Program-made: the position numbers and the translations under genes
Source of the DNA: Verrucomicrobiia bacterium
GTDB lineage: Bacteria; Verrucomicrobiota; Verrucomicrobiia; Limisphaerales; J093
Length of the DNA: 36,060 nt
Reading direction: 5' to 3'
Assembly (NCBI GenBank): GCA_034677645.1
Contig: JAXDCU010000313.1
Coordinates: 1 to 36,060 of the forward strand
Shown here: positions 10,129-19,255 of the stretch, one piece after another
Layout: the number at the start of each line of letters is the position of its first letter
How positions within the stretch are numbered: the stretch's first letter is position 1
Notes under the pieces: generated by a model
Database searches by the model: none
Told to the model about the DNA's origin: nothing
The model's input: only the letters and a program-made list of their open reading frames with translations

Positions 10129-11703
10129 ATGAACAGAAACCGAATTGTTGTTTTCGACACTACGTTGCGCGACGGAGAACAGTGTCCTGGCGCATCGATG
10201 AACCTGCGCCAGAAGGTCGAGGTGGCGCGACAGCTTGCCAGGTTGAAGGTCGACGTGATTGAGGCGGGCTTTCCGATCAGCAGCGCGGGTGATTTCGCCG
10301 CGGTCCAGACAATCGCGCGCGAGGTGCGAGGCCCGGTGATCGCCGGTTTGGCCAGGTGCGTGAAGGAGGACATCGACAGAGCCGCCGCCGCCGTGAAGCC
10401 GGCCGGCAAGTCGGCGCGCATACACGTCTTTCTGGCGACATCGAAGATTCACCGCGAGTTCAAACTCAGGAAAGCCCAGAGTGAGATTCTGCGCCTCGCC
10501 ATCGAAGGGATTAAACGCGCAAAGTCGTACGTGGACGACGTCGAGTTTTCGCCCGAAGACGCCTCCCGAACCGAGCCGGAGTTTCTTGTGCAAGTATGCC
10601 GCGCGGCAGTTGAGGCTGGCGCGACGACGGTCAACATACCCGACACCGTGGGCTGGGCTTTGCCTGACCAGTTTGGGGCGTTGATCAAGCATTTGCACGA
10701 GTCAGTGCCGGAGTTCCGCTCCGGGAAAGCGATCATCAGCGTTCATTGCCACAACGACCTAGGTTTGGCAGTGGCCAACTCCCTCACCGCGGTCAGGGCC
10801 GGAGCGCGGCAGATCGAGTGCACTGTCAATGGCATTGGCGAAAGAGCTGGAAACGCTTCGCTCGAGGAAGTGGTGATGACGTTTCGGACTCGGAGCGACT
10901 GTTTCGCCGGGTTGAGCTGCGGTGTGCGGACAACTGAGATCGTGAAATCCAGCCGGTTGGTTTCCCGCATGAGCGGGCTTGTAGTCCAAAGGAACAAGGC
11001 AATTGTGGGTGAGAACGCCTTCGCGCACAGCAGCGGCATCCATCAGGACGGCATTCTCAAGAAACGCGAGACTTATGAGATCATGGACCCGCGGGAGGTT
11101 GGATGGGGGGAAACGGAGCTGCCTCTCACCAAACATAGTGGACGCGCCGCCGTTTCGGCCCGCCTGCGCCACCTCGGATTCAGAATGGCCGACATCGACC
11201 TGAACTCCATGTTCGAGCAGTTCAAGCAGATTGGCGACAAGAAGAAGTTCGTATATGACGACGATCTGACCGCGCTCGTCGAAGGCCTTATCGCTCAGGT
11301 GCCGGAGACATGGTCGCTGGACTATCTAAGCGTTACTAGTGGCAGTGGCACCGTGCCCACCGCGACAGTGAGGCTCCGGAAGACTGGCGGCACTAAGAGC
11401 ACCCCGGTCCTGGCACAGGATGCGGGTATCGGGGACGGACCGGTGGATGCTGCTCTCCGAGCTATTGACAGGCTGACGAAGACGCGTGGGAGACTAATGG
11501 AATACTCGCTTCGGGCTGTGTCGCAGGGCAAAGACGCGCTGGGCGAAGTGACCGCCAAAGTCGACTTCGGTGACGGCGACCTAGTGACCGGCAAAGGGGC
11601 GAGCACTGACATCATTGAAGCCAGCGCCCGCGCCTATCTCAACGCGGTGAATCGACATCTCAATAGCTCCTCGCACGTCTGCGGGCGGAAGCAATTGACC
11701 TAA
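10129..11703 (+). CDS. leuA: 2-isopropylmalate synthase
   Basis: [48 protein letters not shown]...[14 protein letters not shown]...[15 protein letters not shown] plus the C-terminal LeuA dimerisation/regulatory domain. Monocistronic here, since the downstream gene is convergent. Confidence 0.95.
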   Translation: MNRNRIVVFDTTLRDGEQCPGASMNLRQKVEVARQLARLKVDVIEAGFPISSAGDFAAVQTIAREVRGPVIAGLARCVKEDIDRAAAAVKPAGKSARIHVFLATSKIHREFKLRKAQSEILRLAIEGIKRAKSYVDDVEFSPEDASRTEPEFLVQVCRAAVEAGATTVNIPDTVGWALPDQFGALIKHLHESVPEFRSGKAIISVHCHNDLGLAVANSLTAVRAGARQIECTVNGIGERAGNASLEEVVMTFRTRSDCFAGLSCGVRTTEIVKSSRLVSRMSGLVVQRNKAIVGENAFAHSSGIHQDGILKKRETYEIMDPREVGWGETELPLTKHSGRAAVSARLRHLGFRMADIDLNSMFEQFKQIGDKKKFVYDDDLTALVEGLIAQVPETWSLDYLSVTSGSGTVPTATVRLRKTGGTKSTPVLAQDAGIGDGPVDAALRAIDRLTKTRGRLMEYSLRAVSQGKDALGEVTAKVDFGDGDLVTGKGASTDIIEASARAYLNAVNRHLNSSSHVCGRKQLT

Positions 11704-11761
11704 AAGACAATCTCGAGAGCAACCGTGACGGACATTTGTGATTTCCTGAACACGCGTCTGT

Positions 11762-12565
11762 TCACCACCCGACGCAGCGAGCGATGTCGAAGTTGAAGAC
11801 GAGTTGGAGTCCAGCCAAGAACGTCAGAAGATAGATCACGCGCAGAAAACCGGTTTCGGAGAATTTCCGGTTCAGCCAGACGCCGACCCAGACGCCAATG
11901 GGAACAGCAGGCACGATGGCCGCGCTGGCCAGGAGCGTCTCCCGGTTGATGATCGCTTCGGATGGCACCCACGACCAATCGATGATTTGCCGATCCAGGC
12001 AGTAGAAGGGCACTTTGATCCAGTTGATCCAAGTGAATACAAGCACGGTTGTGCCGACATAGGTCACTTTGGGCAAACGCTGAGGAATCAGGAACATGCT
12101 TACGAGCGGTCCTGCTCCGTGCGCGAAGGTCGAAGTGATGCCCGCGCCCAGACCGAAAGGCAGCCCAATCCAGAGATTCGGTCTGAAGGCGCCTTCGGCC
12201 TTGAAGACGATCTCTCTGCCGAGTTGAAAGGCAACAAACAGAATGGCGATCAGCCCGATGGCAATGTTCAGTTCGCGAGCCGAGAAGCGGCCAATGAGTT
12301 GCACGCCAACGACGACTCCGACCACAACGCCAGGCAGCAGGTATAGCAGGTTCTTGCGTTTCCACTGCCCCCAATAATGCCAGAGCGAAAACATGTCGCC
12401 CGCGCACAACAACGGCAGCAGGATGCCGATGGCATTCCGGGGTCCGAAAGCGAGAACGCAGAGTGGCGTGCTGAGCAGGCCAAGACCACCGCCGAAGCCG
12501 GCTTTTGAAATGCCGATGAACAGCGCCGCTAAGACGGCGATGACCAGATGGATCGGTTCATGCAC
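11762..12565 (-). CDS. TauE/SafE family sulfite/anion exporter (DUF81)
   Basis: 267 aa polytopic protein. FIGISKAGFGGGLGLLSTPLL-type N-terminal motif and an internal duplicate (GAGITSTFAHGAGPLVSMFL) are typical of TauE/SafE. Confidence 0.85.
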   Translation of the reverse strand: MHEPIHLVIAVLAALFIGISKAGFGGGLGLLSTPLCVLAFGPRNAIGILLPLLCAGDMFSLWHYWGQWKRKNLLYLLPGVVVGVVVGVQLIGRFSARELNIAIGLIAILFVAFQLGREIVFKAEGAFRPNLWIGLPFGLGAGITSTFAHGAGPLVSMFLIPQRLPKVTYVGTTVLVFTWINWIKVPFYCLDRQIIDWSWVPSEAIINRETLLASAAIVPAVPIGVWVGVWLNRKFSETGFLRVIYLLTFLAGLQLVFNFDIARCVGW

Positions 12566-12628
12566 CGGTCTGGTTTACGCATCAAGACCGACCGTGTCGA
12601 GCGCTGGCATTGACATGCAAGCAAACGC

Positions 12629-12656
12629 TTGCTTGGCGGCGTGTTAATTCTAGAAT
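12629..12656 (+). promoter_or_regulatory. Possible corA promoter (TTGCTT-N16-TAGAAT) overlapping a 10-bp palindrome
   Basis: TAGAAT at 12651-12656 is a good -10. TTGCTT at 12629-12634 is a weak -35. The palindrome ATTCTAGAAT (12647-12656) overlaps the -10. Confidence 0.25.
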
Positions 12657-12713
12657 GCAGCTTGCCGACTGACAGAACCGTGAGGAATACGTGTTTGTCC
12701 GCGCGGCCAGCAC

Positions 12714-13706
12714 ATGGTCCGATCATTTGCATTCACCACACAGGGCCGGCTTCATGTGAAGGATATTGAGGCGTTCCTCATGCCCACCCTGTTGGCGGAC
12801 ACAAACTTGTTTCTTTGGGTAGACTTGGAGAGTCCCACTCCGGAAGAGTCCAAGTTCTACCTCGAAGATGTTTTTCATTTTCATCCGCTCTCGATCGAAG
12901 ATTGCATCACTGAAAGCCAGACGCCCAAAGTCGAGGAGTACCAGCCAAAGGAAGGCGACCTGTTCACGCCTTACCTGTTCATGGTTATCCATGCGGTTGA
13001 CTACAGCCGCAAAGATGGCGTCTTCGCGACAAGCGAATTGAATTTCTTCCTGGGCCGCAATTTCCTTGTCACCTATCACTTGGCGCCGCTCAAAGGGGTG
13101 ACTGGCACGGCGGACCGCTGTCTGCGCAGCAACGTCCACATCGCGCGAGCGCCAGACAGGGTTGCCCACACTCTTCTGGACACGTTGGTGGACAACTATA
13201 AGCCGGCGTTGGAGGAACTCTCGATTGAGATAGGCGACCTGGAAGCCGAAGTTCTCCGGCACCCGGGCAGGACCGTGCTCAACCGCATCATTCAAATCAA
13301 GAAAGAGGTGCAGCACTTGCGCCAGATCATCGGTCCGCAGCGCGAAGTGCTGGCGCGGTTTGCCAGGGGTGAGTTTAAGCTTATCAGGGCTCACTTGGTG
13401 CCTTATTACCGCGACGTATACGACGCCCTGTTCCATATCGAAGCGGTGGCGCAAAGCTACACGGACTCGCTCACTGGCATCCTGCAGCTATACTTGAGCA
13501 TGAGCTCGAATCAAACTGGGGAGATCATCAAGCTGCTCACTCTCATTACTATCATTACTACGCCATCGATAATGATTGGCACGTGGTACGGTATGAACTT
13601 CCGGAACATGCCGGAGTTGGAGCACGGATACTGGTACGTGACCGGACTGATGATTGCGTTGACGGGGCTTACCTATTGGTATTTCCGCCGCAAGAAATGG
13701 TTCTGA
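12714..13706 (+). CDS. corA: Magnesium/cobalt transporter CorA
   Basis: 330 aa. The C-terminal ...TLITIITTPSIMIGTWYGMNFRNMPEL... contains the YGMNF signature (GMN motif) between two TM helices. The N-terminal ...LWVDLESPTPEE... is typical. Confidence 0.9.
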   Translation: MVRSFAFTTQGRLHVKDIEAFLMPTLLADTNLFLWVDLESPTPEESKFYLEDVFHFHPLSIEDCITESQTPKVEEYQPKEGDLFTPYLFMVIHAVDYSRKDGVFATSELNFFLGRNFLVTYHLAPLKGVTGTADRCLRSNVHIARAPDRVAHTLLDTLVDNYKPALEELSIEIGDLEAEVLRHPGRTVLNRIIQIKKEVQHLRQIIGPQREVLARFARGEFKLIRAHLVPYYRDVYDALFHIEAVAQSYTDSLTGILQLYLSMSSNQTGEIIKLLTLITIITTPSIMIGTWYGMNFRNMPELEHGYWYVTGLMIALTGLTYWYFRRKKWF

Positions 13707-13740
13707 TTCCGGGGCTGAATCAGACGCAACGCGCTTCGTC

Positions 13741-15069
13741 GTGGCAGCTCACAAATCAAGTTTCTTGGACAAGGTGCTGGGTCGGATCGGCCGCCTCGAC
13801 GCCGATGGTGTCCAGCAGGTCGTCGAGCGTCTGGCGCATGAGCGCGATTTTCTTGAGACCCTTTTGCACACAATCGAAGACGGTGTTCTGGTCACGGACG
13901 CCAAGGGACGCATCGCCTACGTTAACCACGCGGCGACGCGCCTCCTGGGACTGCAACCAGAGACCTCGACAGGTCAGCCCGTCGCCCGCGTACTCCCCGA
14001 TTTGGACTGGGACAACATCAGTGCCCTGGGCCAAAAAGAAGGGGCGGGAGTGCTCCGACTCGAAATCAGAGTGCAGTACCCACGAACTCGCCTCTTGAGT
14101 CTTCTGGCTTCTCCTCTGGCCGGCCACCGACAACAGGAACCCGTGGGAGTAGCTGTGATCCTCCACGACGCCACCGAGGCCCACCAGCAGACGGTTGCCA
14201 CGGTCGAGAGCGAGCGGATACACCTTCTGACGCTGCTGGCCATGAGCGTGGCCCACGAAATCGGCAACCCACTCAATGCCCTCCACATCCACTTGCAGTT
14301 GATGGAACGCGAACTCAAGAAACTGCGCGCCGTCACAGCTAGTGTCGAATCCACTGCTGGCACTCCTGCCCGGGGGCGGCGACGCGCGGCGGCGATCGGC
14401 GATACAATGACGGAAACGAGCGCGCGGCTTGAGAAGTACGTTGCGGTGGCCAAGGGTGAGATAGCACGGCTCGATTACATCGTGACCCATTTCCTGCAAG
14501 CTATCAGGATCACCCAACCCCGGTTGGCGCCTGTCTCCCTGAACGACATCGCGCGCGAGACGCTCGAACTGCTCCAACCGGAACTCGACAACCGGGGATT
14601 GGTCGTCGAGACGGCTTTGGCCCAGCACTTGCCGAACGGATTGCTGGATTCGGCTCAGCTCAAGCAGGCCCTCGTCAACCTGATCAAGAACTCGATGCAG
14701 GCCATGTCCAAAGGCGGCATGCTTACTCTGGCGACCGGGACTTGGGGGGACGGTATATGGGTTAGCGTGGCTGACACTGGCATTGGCATCCCGCGCGAGC
14801 AATTGAACCGCCTGTTCGAGCCGTTGTTCACGACCAAACAAACCGGGTCGGGTCTTGGCTTGATGATTGTCTACCGAATTGTGCGCGCCCACGAGGGGCG
14901 GATCGACGTCGAAAGCGAGGCCGGCAAGGGAACCAAGTTTCGGATTTGGCTCCCTCTGCCAGGCCGGGGAGTGCGCCTCCTCAAGGCGGCTGGCGCATCC
15001 TCGACCGACGACTCGGCCAATCCAAGACCCGAAGACGCAGCCACGGCTGACCAAACAACAAGGCCGTGA
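13741..15069 (+). CDS. Soluble PAS-domain sensor histidine kinase (NtrB-like)
   Basis: GTG start. No TM segment seen. PAS-like region (LLHTIEDGVLVTDAKGRIAYVNHAATRLLG), H-box SVAHEIGNPLNAL, N-box LVNLIKNSMQAM, G-boxes DTGIGIP and GSGLGL. Confidence 0.9.
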   Translation: MAAHKSSFLDKVLGRIGRLDADGVQQVVERLAHERDFLETLLHTIEDGVLVTDAKGRIAYVNHAATRLLGLQPETSTGQPVARVLPDLDWDNISALGQKEGAGVLRLEIRVQYPRTRLLSLLASPLAGHRQQEPVGVAVILHDATEAHQQTVATVESERIHLLTLLAMSVAHEIGNPLNALHIHLQLMERELKKLRAVTASVESTAGTPARGRRRAAAIGDTMTETSARLEKYVAVAKGEIARLDYIVTHFLQAIRITQPRLAPVSLNDIARETLELLQPELDNRGLVVETALAQHLPNGLLDSAQLKQALVNLIKNSMQAMSKGGMLTLATGTWGDGIWVSVADTGIGIPREQLNRLFEPLFTTKQTGSGLGLMIVYRIVRAHEGRIDVESEAGKGTKFRIWLPLPGRGVRLLKAAGASSTDDSANPRPEDAATADQTTRP

Positions 15070-15181
15070 GATGTTGGCAAATGCAATCCGGTTGATCCGT
15101 TTCAAGGTCATGGCGACTCGGCCTGGTTTGAAATACCTGTCGCCAGCCGTGCGAGAATGTGATCCATAATCGGCGCCGCTG

Positions 15182-15520
15182 ATGGAATCCAAACCGACAT
15201 TGTTGATAGTAGACGACGAGAAACCGACGCGTGAGGGCCTGCGCGCGGCACTTGAAGATCGGTACGATGTGTATCTGGCTGAGGATGCAGCCACGGCCGT
15301 GACGCTTCTCGAACAGCAGGAATTCGATGTGGTCTTGACCGACTTGCGCCTGCCCCGCGAAGACGGCATGAAGATCATCACCCGCGCCAAGTCTCTTTCC
15401 CGACCTCCAGTCTGCATACTGATGACGGCTTACGGCTCGGAGGACATCGCGGTTGATGCGATGAAGCGCGGCGCGGATGACTACATCGCGAAGGGGCGCC
15501 TGCAAATTGACGACCTGTAA
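15182..15520 (+). CDS. Response-regulator receiver domain ORF (N-terminal part of a split NtrC-family regulator)
   Basis: TLLIVDDE...DVVLTDLRLPREDGM...ILMTAYGS...GADDYIAKG is a CheY-like REC. It ends with TAA at 15518-15520, inside what is normally the REC-AAA+ linker helix. Confidence 0.85.
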   Translation: MESKPTLLIVDDEKPTREGLRAALEDRYDVYLAEDAATAVTLLEQQEFDVVLTDLRLPREDGMKIITRAKSLSRPPVCILMTAYGSEDIAVDAMKRGADDYIAKGRLQIDDL

Positions 15521-16561
15521 ATGCGGTTTGCGCGGGCTCTCAAACACCAACGACTTGAGTCCGAGAACCAGGAACTCCACCAGCGGCTTGATGACAAGTT
15601 CGGCCTCGAAAACCTCATCGGTCAGTCGCCGGCGATGTTGGAGGTGTTGGATGCCGTCCGACAAGTGGCGCCCACGCCGGCCACCGTGTTGATCCAAGGT
15701 GAAAGCGGCACCGGCAAAGAACTGGTTGCCCGAGCCATTCATCAGCTCAGTCCGCGTGCTCGGCAGCCGATGGTGACAGTTCATTGCGCCGCCCTTTCGC
15801 CAAGCGTGCTGGAGAGCGAGCTCTTTGGACATGAGAAGGGCGCGTTCACTGGCGCGCACGAACGGCGAATCGGCAGGTTTGAACAAGCCAACGACGGGAC
15901 GTTGTTCTTGGACGAGATTGGCGAAATAGACGCCAGCACTCAGGTCAAGCTGCTCCGGGTGTTAGGGGAGCGAACTTTCGAACGGGTTGGGTCAAGCAAG
16001 ACGCTCTCAGTCGATGTCCGTCTGGTGGCGGCGACAAACAAACCCCTTGCCAGTCTGGTCAAATCAGGATCGTTTCGGGAGGACCTCTTTTTCCGGCTGC
16101 GGGTGGTTGAACTTTGGCTGCCGCCGTTGCGCGAGCGGCCGGGGGACGTATCGCTGCTGGCGGTTCATTTTCTGCGGACGATTGCATCTGAGTATGGGAA
16201 GCCGGTGAGTGATTTTACTCTTGACGCACTCCAAGCATTGGTGCGCTACCCATGGCCGGCCAACGTGCGCGAGCTGCGCAATGCGATCGAGGGAGCGGTG
16301 GCCATGTGTCGCGGTGACAAGATCACGTTGCGCGACCTTCCGCCAAACGTGCGCGGAGCCGCGCCGCCCGGTGGAGCGGTCCCTGACGCCGTGGCGCTTC
16401 AGGCTCAGAGCACTCTGACGTTGCGTGAAGCGGAGAGACAACTCATGATTCGCGCTTTGCAGGAGAGCCAGGGTAACCGGACCCGAGCGGCCAGCCGCAT
16501 GGGCATCAGCAGGCGCACGCTGCACAGGAAGCTGCACGCTTACGGTCTCGAGCACTTATGA
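15521..16561 (+). CDS. Sigma54-interacting AAA+ ATPase plus Fis-type HTH (C-terminal part of a split NtrC-family regulator)
   Basis: ATG at 15521 immediately follows the TAA in the same frame. Walker A GESGTGKE, intact GAFTGA loop, Walker [11 protein letters not shown]-terminal [23 protein letters not shown]. Confidence 0.9.
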   Translation: MRFARALKHQRLESENQELHQRLDDKFGLENLIGQSPAMLEVLDAVRQVAPTPATVLIQGESGTGKELVARAIHQLSPRARQPMVTVHCAALSPSVLESELFGHEKGAFTGAHERRIGRFEQANDGTLFLDEIGEIDASTQVKLLRVLGERTFERVGSSKTLSVDVRLVAATNKPLASLVKSGSFREDLFFRLRVVELWLPPLRERPGDVSLLAVHFLRTIASEYGKPVSDFTLDALQALVRYPWPANVRELRNAIEGAVAMCRGDKITLRDLPPNVRGAAPPGGAVPDAVALQAQSTLTLREAERQLMIRALQESQGNRTRAASRMGISRRTLHRKLHAYGLEHL

Positions 16562-18312
16562 TACGCATTCAGGAACTCATATATAAATTTGAGGTGGGCG
16601 AGGGCACGTGGGTGGCCCGCGCCGTTGTTGGCGTCTTGCTTCTCGTTTCGCTGGCTGTCTGGTACGACCTGAATGAGTTCCGGAACTTCCATTCGATCGA
16701 GTCGATGGATGTGGCGCAATTGGCGCGCAACCTGTCTCGATCGGAAGGCTTCACGACCAAATGCATCCGCCCATTCAGCATCCACCTCATAAAGGAGCAC
16801 AGAGAAGGCGAGGACACTCGCTTGTCGCGGATGCCGCATCCGGACCTTGCGAATCCGCCCGTGTACCCATTGGTGCTGGCTGGACTGATGAAGGCGTTGC
16901 CACTCAGGTACGATACCGGAGTGAGGTTCTGGCAGCACCAGCCCGAAATGTTGATAGCGATCTTCAATCAGATGCTGTTCCTGCTGACCGTCTGGCTGAC
17001 TTACCGTCTTGGGCGGCGCCTGTTTGACCCCAGCGTCGGAATTGTGGCAGGGCTTGTGTTGGCTGGGGCTGATGTTATCTGGCGGTTCAGCGTCTCGGGC
17101 CTTTCAACCAATCTCGTGATGCTCGAGTTCACCGCGTTGTTCAGCGTGCTTGTGGCTATCGAGCAAGCCGTGCGCGAAGGCCGGCGGGGGACGCGCTGGT
17201 TCGTTGGCATGTCGGTCCTGGCGGGCTTGCTGCTTGGATTGGGGATGCTGACGCGGTACTCATTCGGATGGTTGTTGTTGCCGGTCCTTGTTTTTGGTTT
17301 CTTATGGCTTCGTCCGCGCGGGGCCCTGGTCGGCATTCTGGTGCTGGCGACGACGCTGGTCGTCGTGACTCCGTGGCTGGCCCGCAACTACAAGTGGAGC
17401 GGAACGCTCTTCGGTATTCCAGGCTATGCCATGAGCATGGACACCCAGCCATTCCCGGAAGCTCGTCTGGAACGTTCGTTGGACCCTGACCTGGGCAAAG
17501 TCGGCTTTCGCGATTGTTTTCGCAAGTTCTGCGCGAACACGGGTTCGATTCTACAGAACGAACTGCCAAGACTCGGTGGTGGAAGCTGGGCGGCGGCGTT
17601 CTTTCTTGCGGGTCTGTTGCTGCCGTTCCGCAACGCATGGCTGGGACGGTTGCGTTTGTTTCTGATTGCCTGCTTGGTCATGTTCGTTGTGGTGCAAGCG
17701 CTGGGACGCACCCACCTCAGCGCCGACTCGCCCGAGATCAACTCGGAAAACCTGCTCGTCCTACTCACTCCTTGTGTATTCCTGTTCGGCGTGGCTTTCT
17801 TTTTCGTGATTCTCGAGCAGATCAATCTCGTTGTCGCTGAACTTCGCTATCTTGCCATCAGCCTGTTCGTCTTGATCTGTTCCGCGCCGTTGGTCTTCGC
17901 GCTGCTGCCACCGCGGTCTTATCCGATCGTGTATCCGCCTTACTTGCCTCCGTGGATACAGGAGACCGCCACGATGCTGCGCCCGGACGAACTGATGATG
18001 AGCGACATGCCCTGGGCGGTGGCATGGTACGGTGACAGATCGTGCGTCTGGACGCCGCCCGACACTGGACGCTCATTCTACAGAATCTACGACGAGCAGA
18101 AAACCATATCTGGCCTATACCTCACCCCACTGACAACCGATGCGCGGTTCTTGACACAGATACTGCAGGGACCTGACCACGAGTGGAGCCGCTTCGCCGC
18201 TGACGTCCTGCTCCGCACGAATCTGCCATCCCGGTTCCCGCTGCAGCACGCCCGCAAGCGCTACACACCAGACCAACTTTTCTTAAGCGACCGTCCGCGT
18301 TGGCAACGCTGA
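16558..18312 (+). CDS. Polytopic membrane protein, GT39/GT83 (ArnT/PMT_2)-like glycosyltransferase
   Basis: 584 aa with more than 10 TM segments. The first loop [18 protein letters not shown] ... [19 protein letters not shown] resembles the ArnT/PMT_2 pattern (acidic loop, then (K)PP.Y..L). The start ATG overlaps the upstream stop (ATGA at 16558-16561). Confidence 0.6.
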   Translation: MIRIQELIYKFEVGEGTWVARAVVGVLLLVSLAVWYDLNEFRNFHSIESMDVAQLARNLSRSEGFTTKCIRPFSIHLIKEHREGEDTRLSRMPHPDLANPPVYPLVLAGLMKALPLRYDTGVRFWQHQPEMLIAIFNQMLFLLTVWLTYRLGRRLFDPSVGIVAGLVLAGADVIWRFSVSGLSTNLVMLEFTALFSVLVAIEQAVREGRRGTRWFVGMSVLAGLLLGLGMLTRYSFGWLLLPVLVFGFLWLRPRGALVGILVLATTLVVVTPWLARNYKWSGTLFGIPGYAMSMDTQPFPEARLERSLDPDLGKVGFRDCFRKFCANTGSILQNELPRLGGGSWAAAFFLAGLLLPFRNAWLGRLRLFLIACLVMFVVVQALGRTHLSADSPEINSENLLVLLTPCVFLFGVAFFFVILEQINLVVAELRYLAISLFVLICSAPLVFALLPPRSYPIVYPPYLPPWIQETATMLRPDELMMSDMPWAVAWYGDRSCVWTPPDTGRSFYRIYDEQKTISGLYLTPLTTDARFLTQILQGPDHEWSRFAADVLLRTNLPSRFPLQHARKRYTPDQLFLSDRPRWQR

Positions 18313-18487
18313 TTATCGGTCATGCCTGCACGCCTTGGACCAGGGACTGAAGTTGTTGACGGCTCGGACGCAAACCGCGCCCGCCTGGCGCGTACCTTGG
18401 CGGCGGGACAGGCGCTCACTTTGAACTTGGGTCCAAATCAGCTCGATTATAAGTTGCTTCCTAAATCAGATTCTGGAGTTGTGGCAT

Positions 18488-19207
18488 ATGGGTGATCAAG
18501 ATGTCGGACCGCTGTATTGGGTGTGGGGAATAGACGGCATCGCCTACGGCCCGGTGGGACTGCCTGGTCTCGCGGACTGGATCAAGCAGGGCCGTGTTTG
18601 CGGGGAGCATTGGGTGTTTGTCGGCGAGCAGACCCGGTGGATCAAGGCCGATGATATCCCAGAACTCAAGATGTTCTTTGCCGACGGATCGTCGCCACCG
18701 GCAAGTTCACCCGAGCAATCCAAGCACGCGGCACTGAGGCCTGAGAATCTGAGGCGTATTCGGCTCTTCGCCGAGATGGACACCGTCCAACTCCAGTCAC
18801 TGGTCAACTACATGGAACTTGTGCGGGTCAACAAATTCGCCAGGCTCTTCTCCAAGGGCGATCACGGTGACGCCATGTACTTCGTCCTGGAGGGAGAAGT
18901 GCGGGCACTGACATTGATCAGCGGCAAGGAAACCACGCTGTTCACGATGCACATGGGCGATTCATTTGGCGAGATCGCTCTCCTCATTCACGGTCCGCGC
19001 TCGGCGGACGTTGTCGCCAATGAACACAGTCTACTGCTGAGGCTGCCGTCGGCCGCATTCGAGAAGATCGTGCGGGAAGCGCCGGCCCTGGCGACGCCGT
19101 TTCTCCTGGCGATGTCGCGAGTCATCGCAAATCGCTCGCTTGACATGGGCAAGAAATACGAGAGTTCAATTCGCTCCGCGCGGGTGTTGGCTGAATTCCA
19201 CGTCTAG
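18488..19207 (+). CDS. GYF_2 (DUF4339)-domain plus cyclic-nucleotide-binding-domain protein
   Basis: N-terminus ...YWVWGIDGIAYGPVGLPGLADWIKQGRVCGEHWVFVGEQTRWIKADDIPEL is GYF_2-like. The C-terminal half LFAEMD...LFSKGDHGDAMYFVLEGEV......MHMGDSFGEIALL..GPRSADVVA is a cNMP-binding fold. ATG 18488 has GGAG 9 nt upstream. The track start at 18479 is a TTG. Confidence 0.75.
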   Translation: MGDQDVGPLYWVWGIDGIAYGPVGLPGLADWIKQGRVCGEHWVFVGEQTRWIKADDIPELKMFFADGSSPPASSPEQSKHAALRPENLRRIRLFAEMDTVQLQSLVNYMELVRVNKFARLFSKGDHGDAMYFVLEGEVRALTLISGKETTLFTMHMGDSFGEIALLIHGPRSADVVANEHSLLLRLPSAAFEKIVREAPALATPFLLAMSRVIANRSLDMGKKYESSIRSARVLAEFHV

Positions 19208-19255
19208 GATTTCTTCTGAAGGCAAGCACTTCATGTCGCCGAGTGTCGGGATGAG

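Noticed and set aside
13756-15417. 553-aa minus-strand ORF. Similar long ORFs include 4667..5845(-), 5784..6701(-), 1250..2173(+), 3634..4410(-), 7717..8658(+), 12723..13454(-), 14981..15886(-), 33014..33751(+) and 34773..35564(+).
   Set aside because: All lie antisense or out of frame to genes with unmistakable family motifs (histidine kinase, tsf, tgt, rpsB, corA, GspE/F and others). They have Arg/Gly/Pro-rich low-information sequence, which marks them as GC-rich shadow ORFs.
17542-17552. tRNA T-loop-like GGTTCGATTCT
   Set aside because: It lies inside the GT39-like CDS. The flanks cannot form a T-stem (ACGGG vs CTACA) or an acceptor stem.
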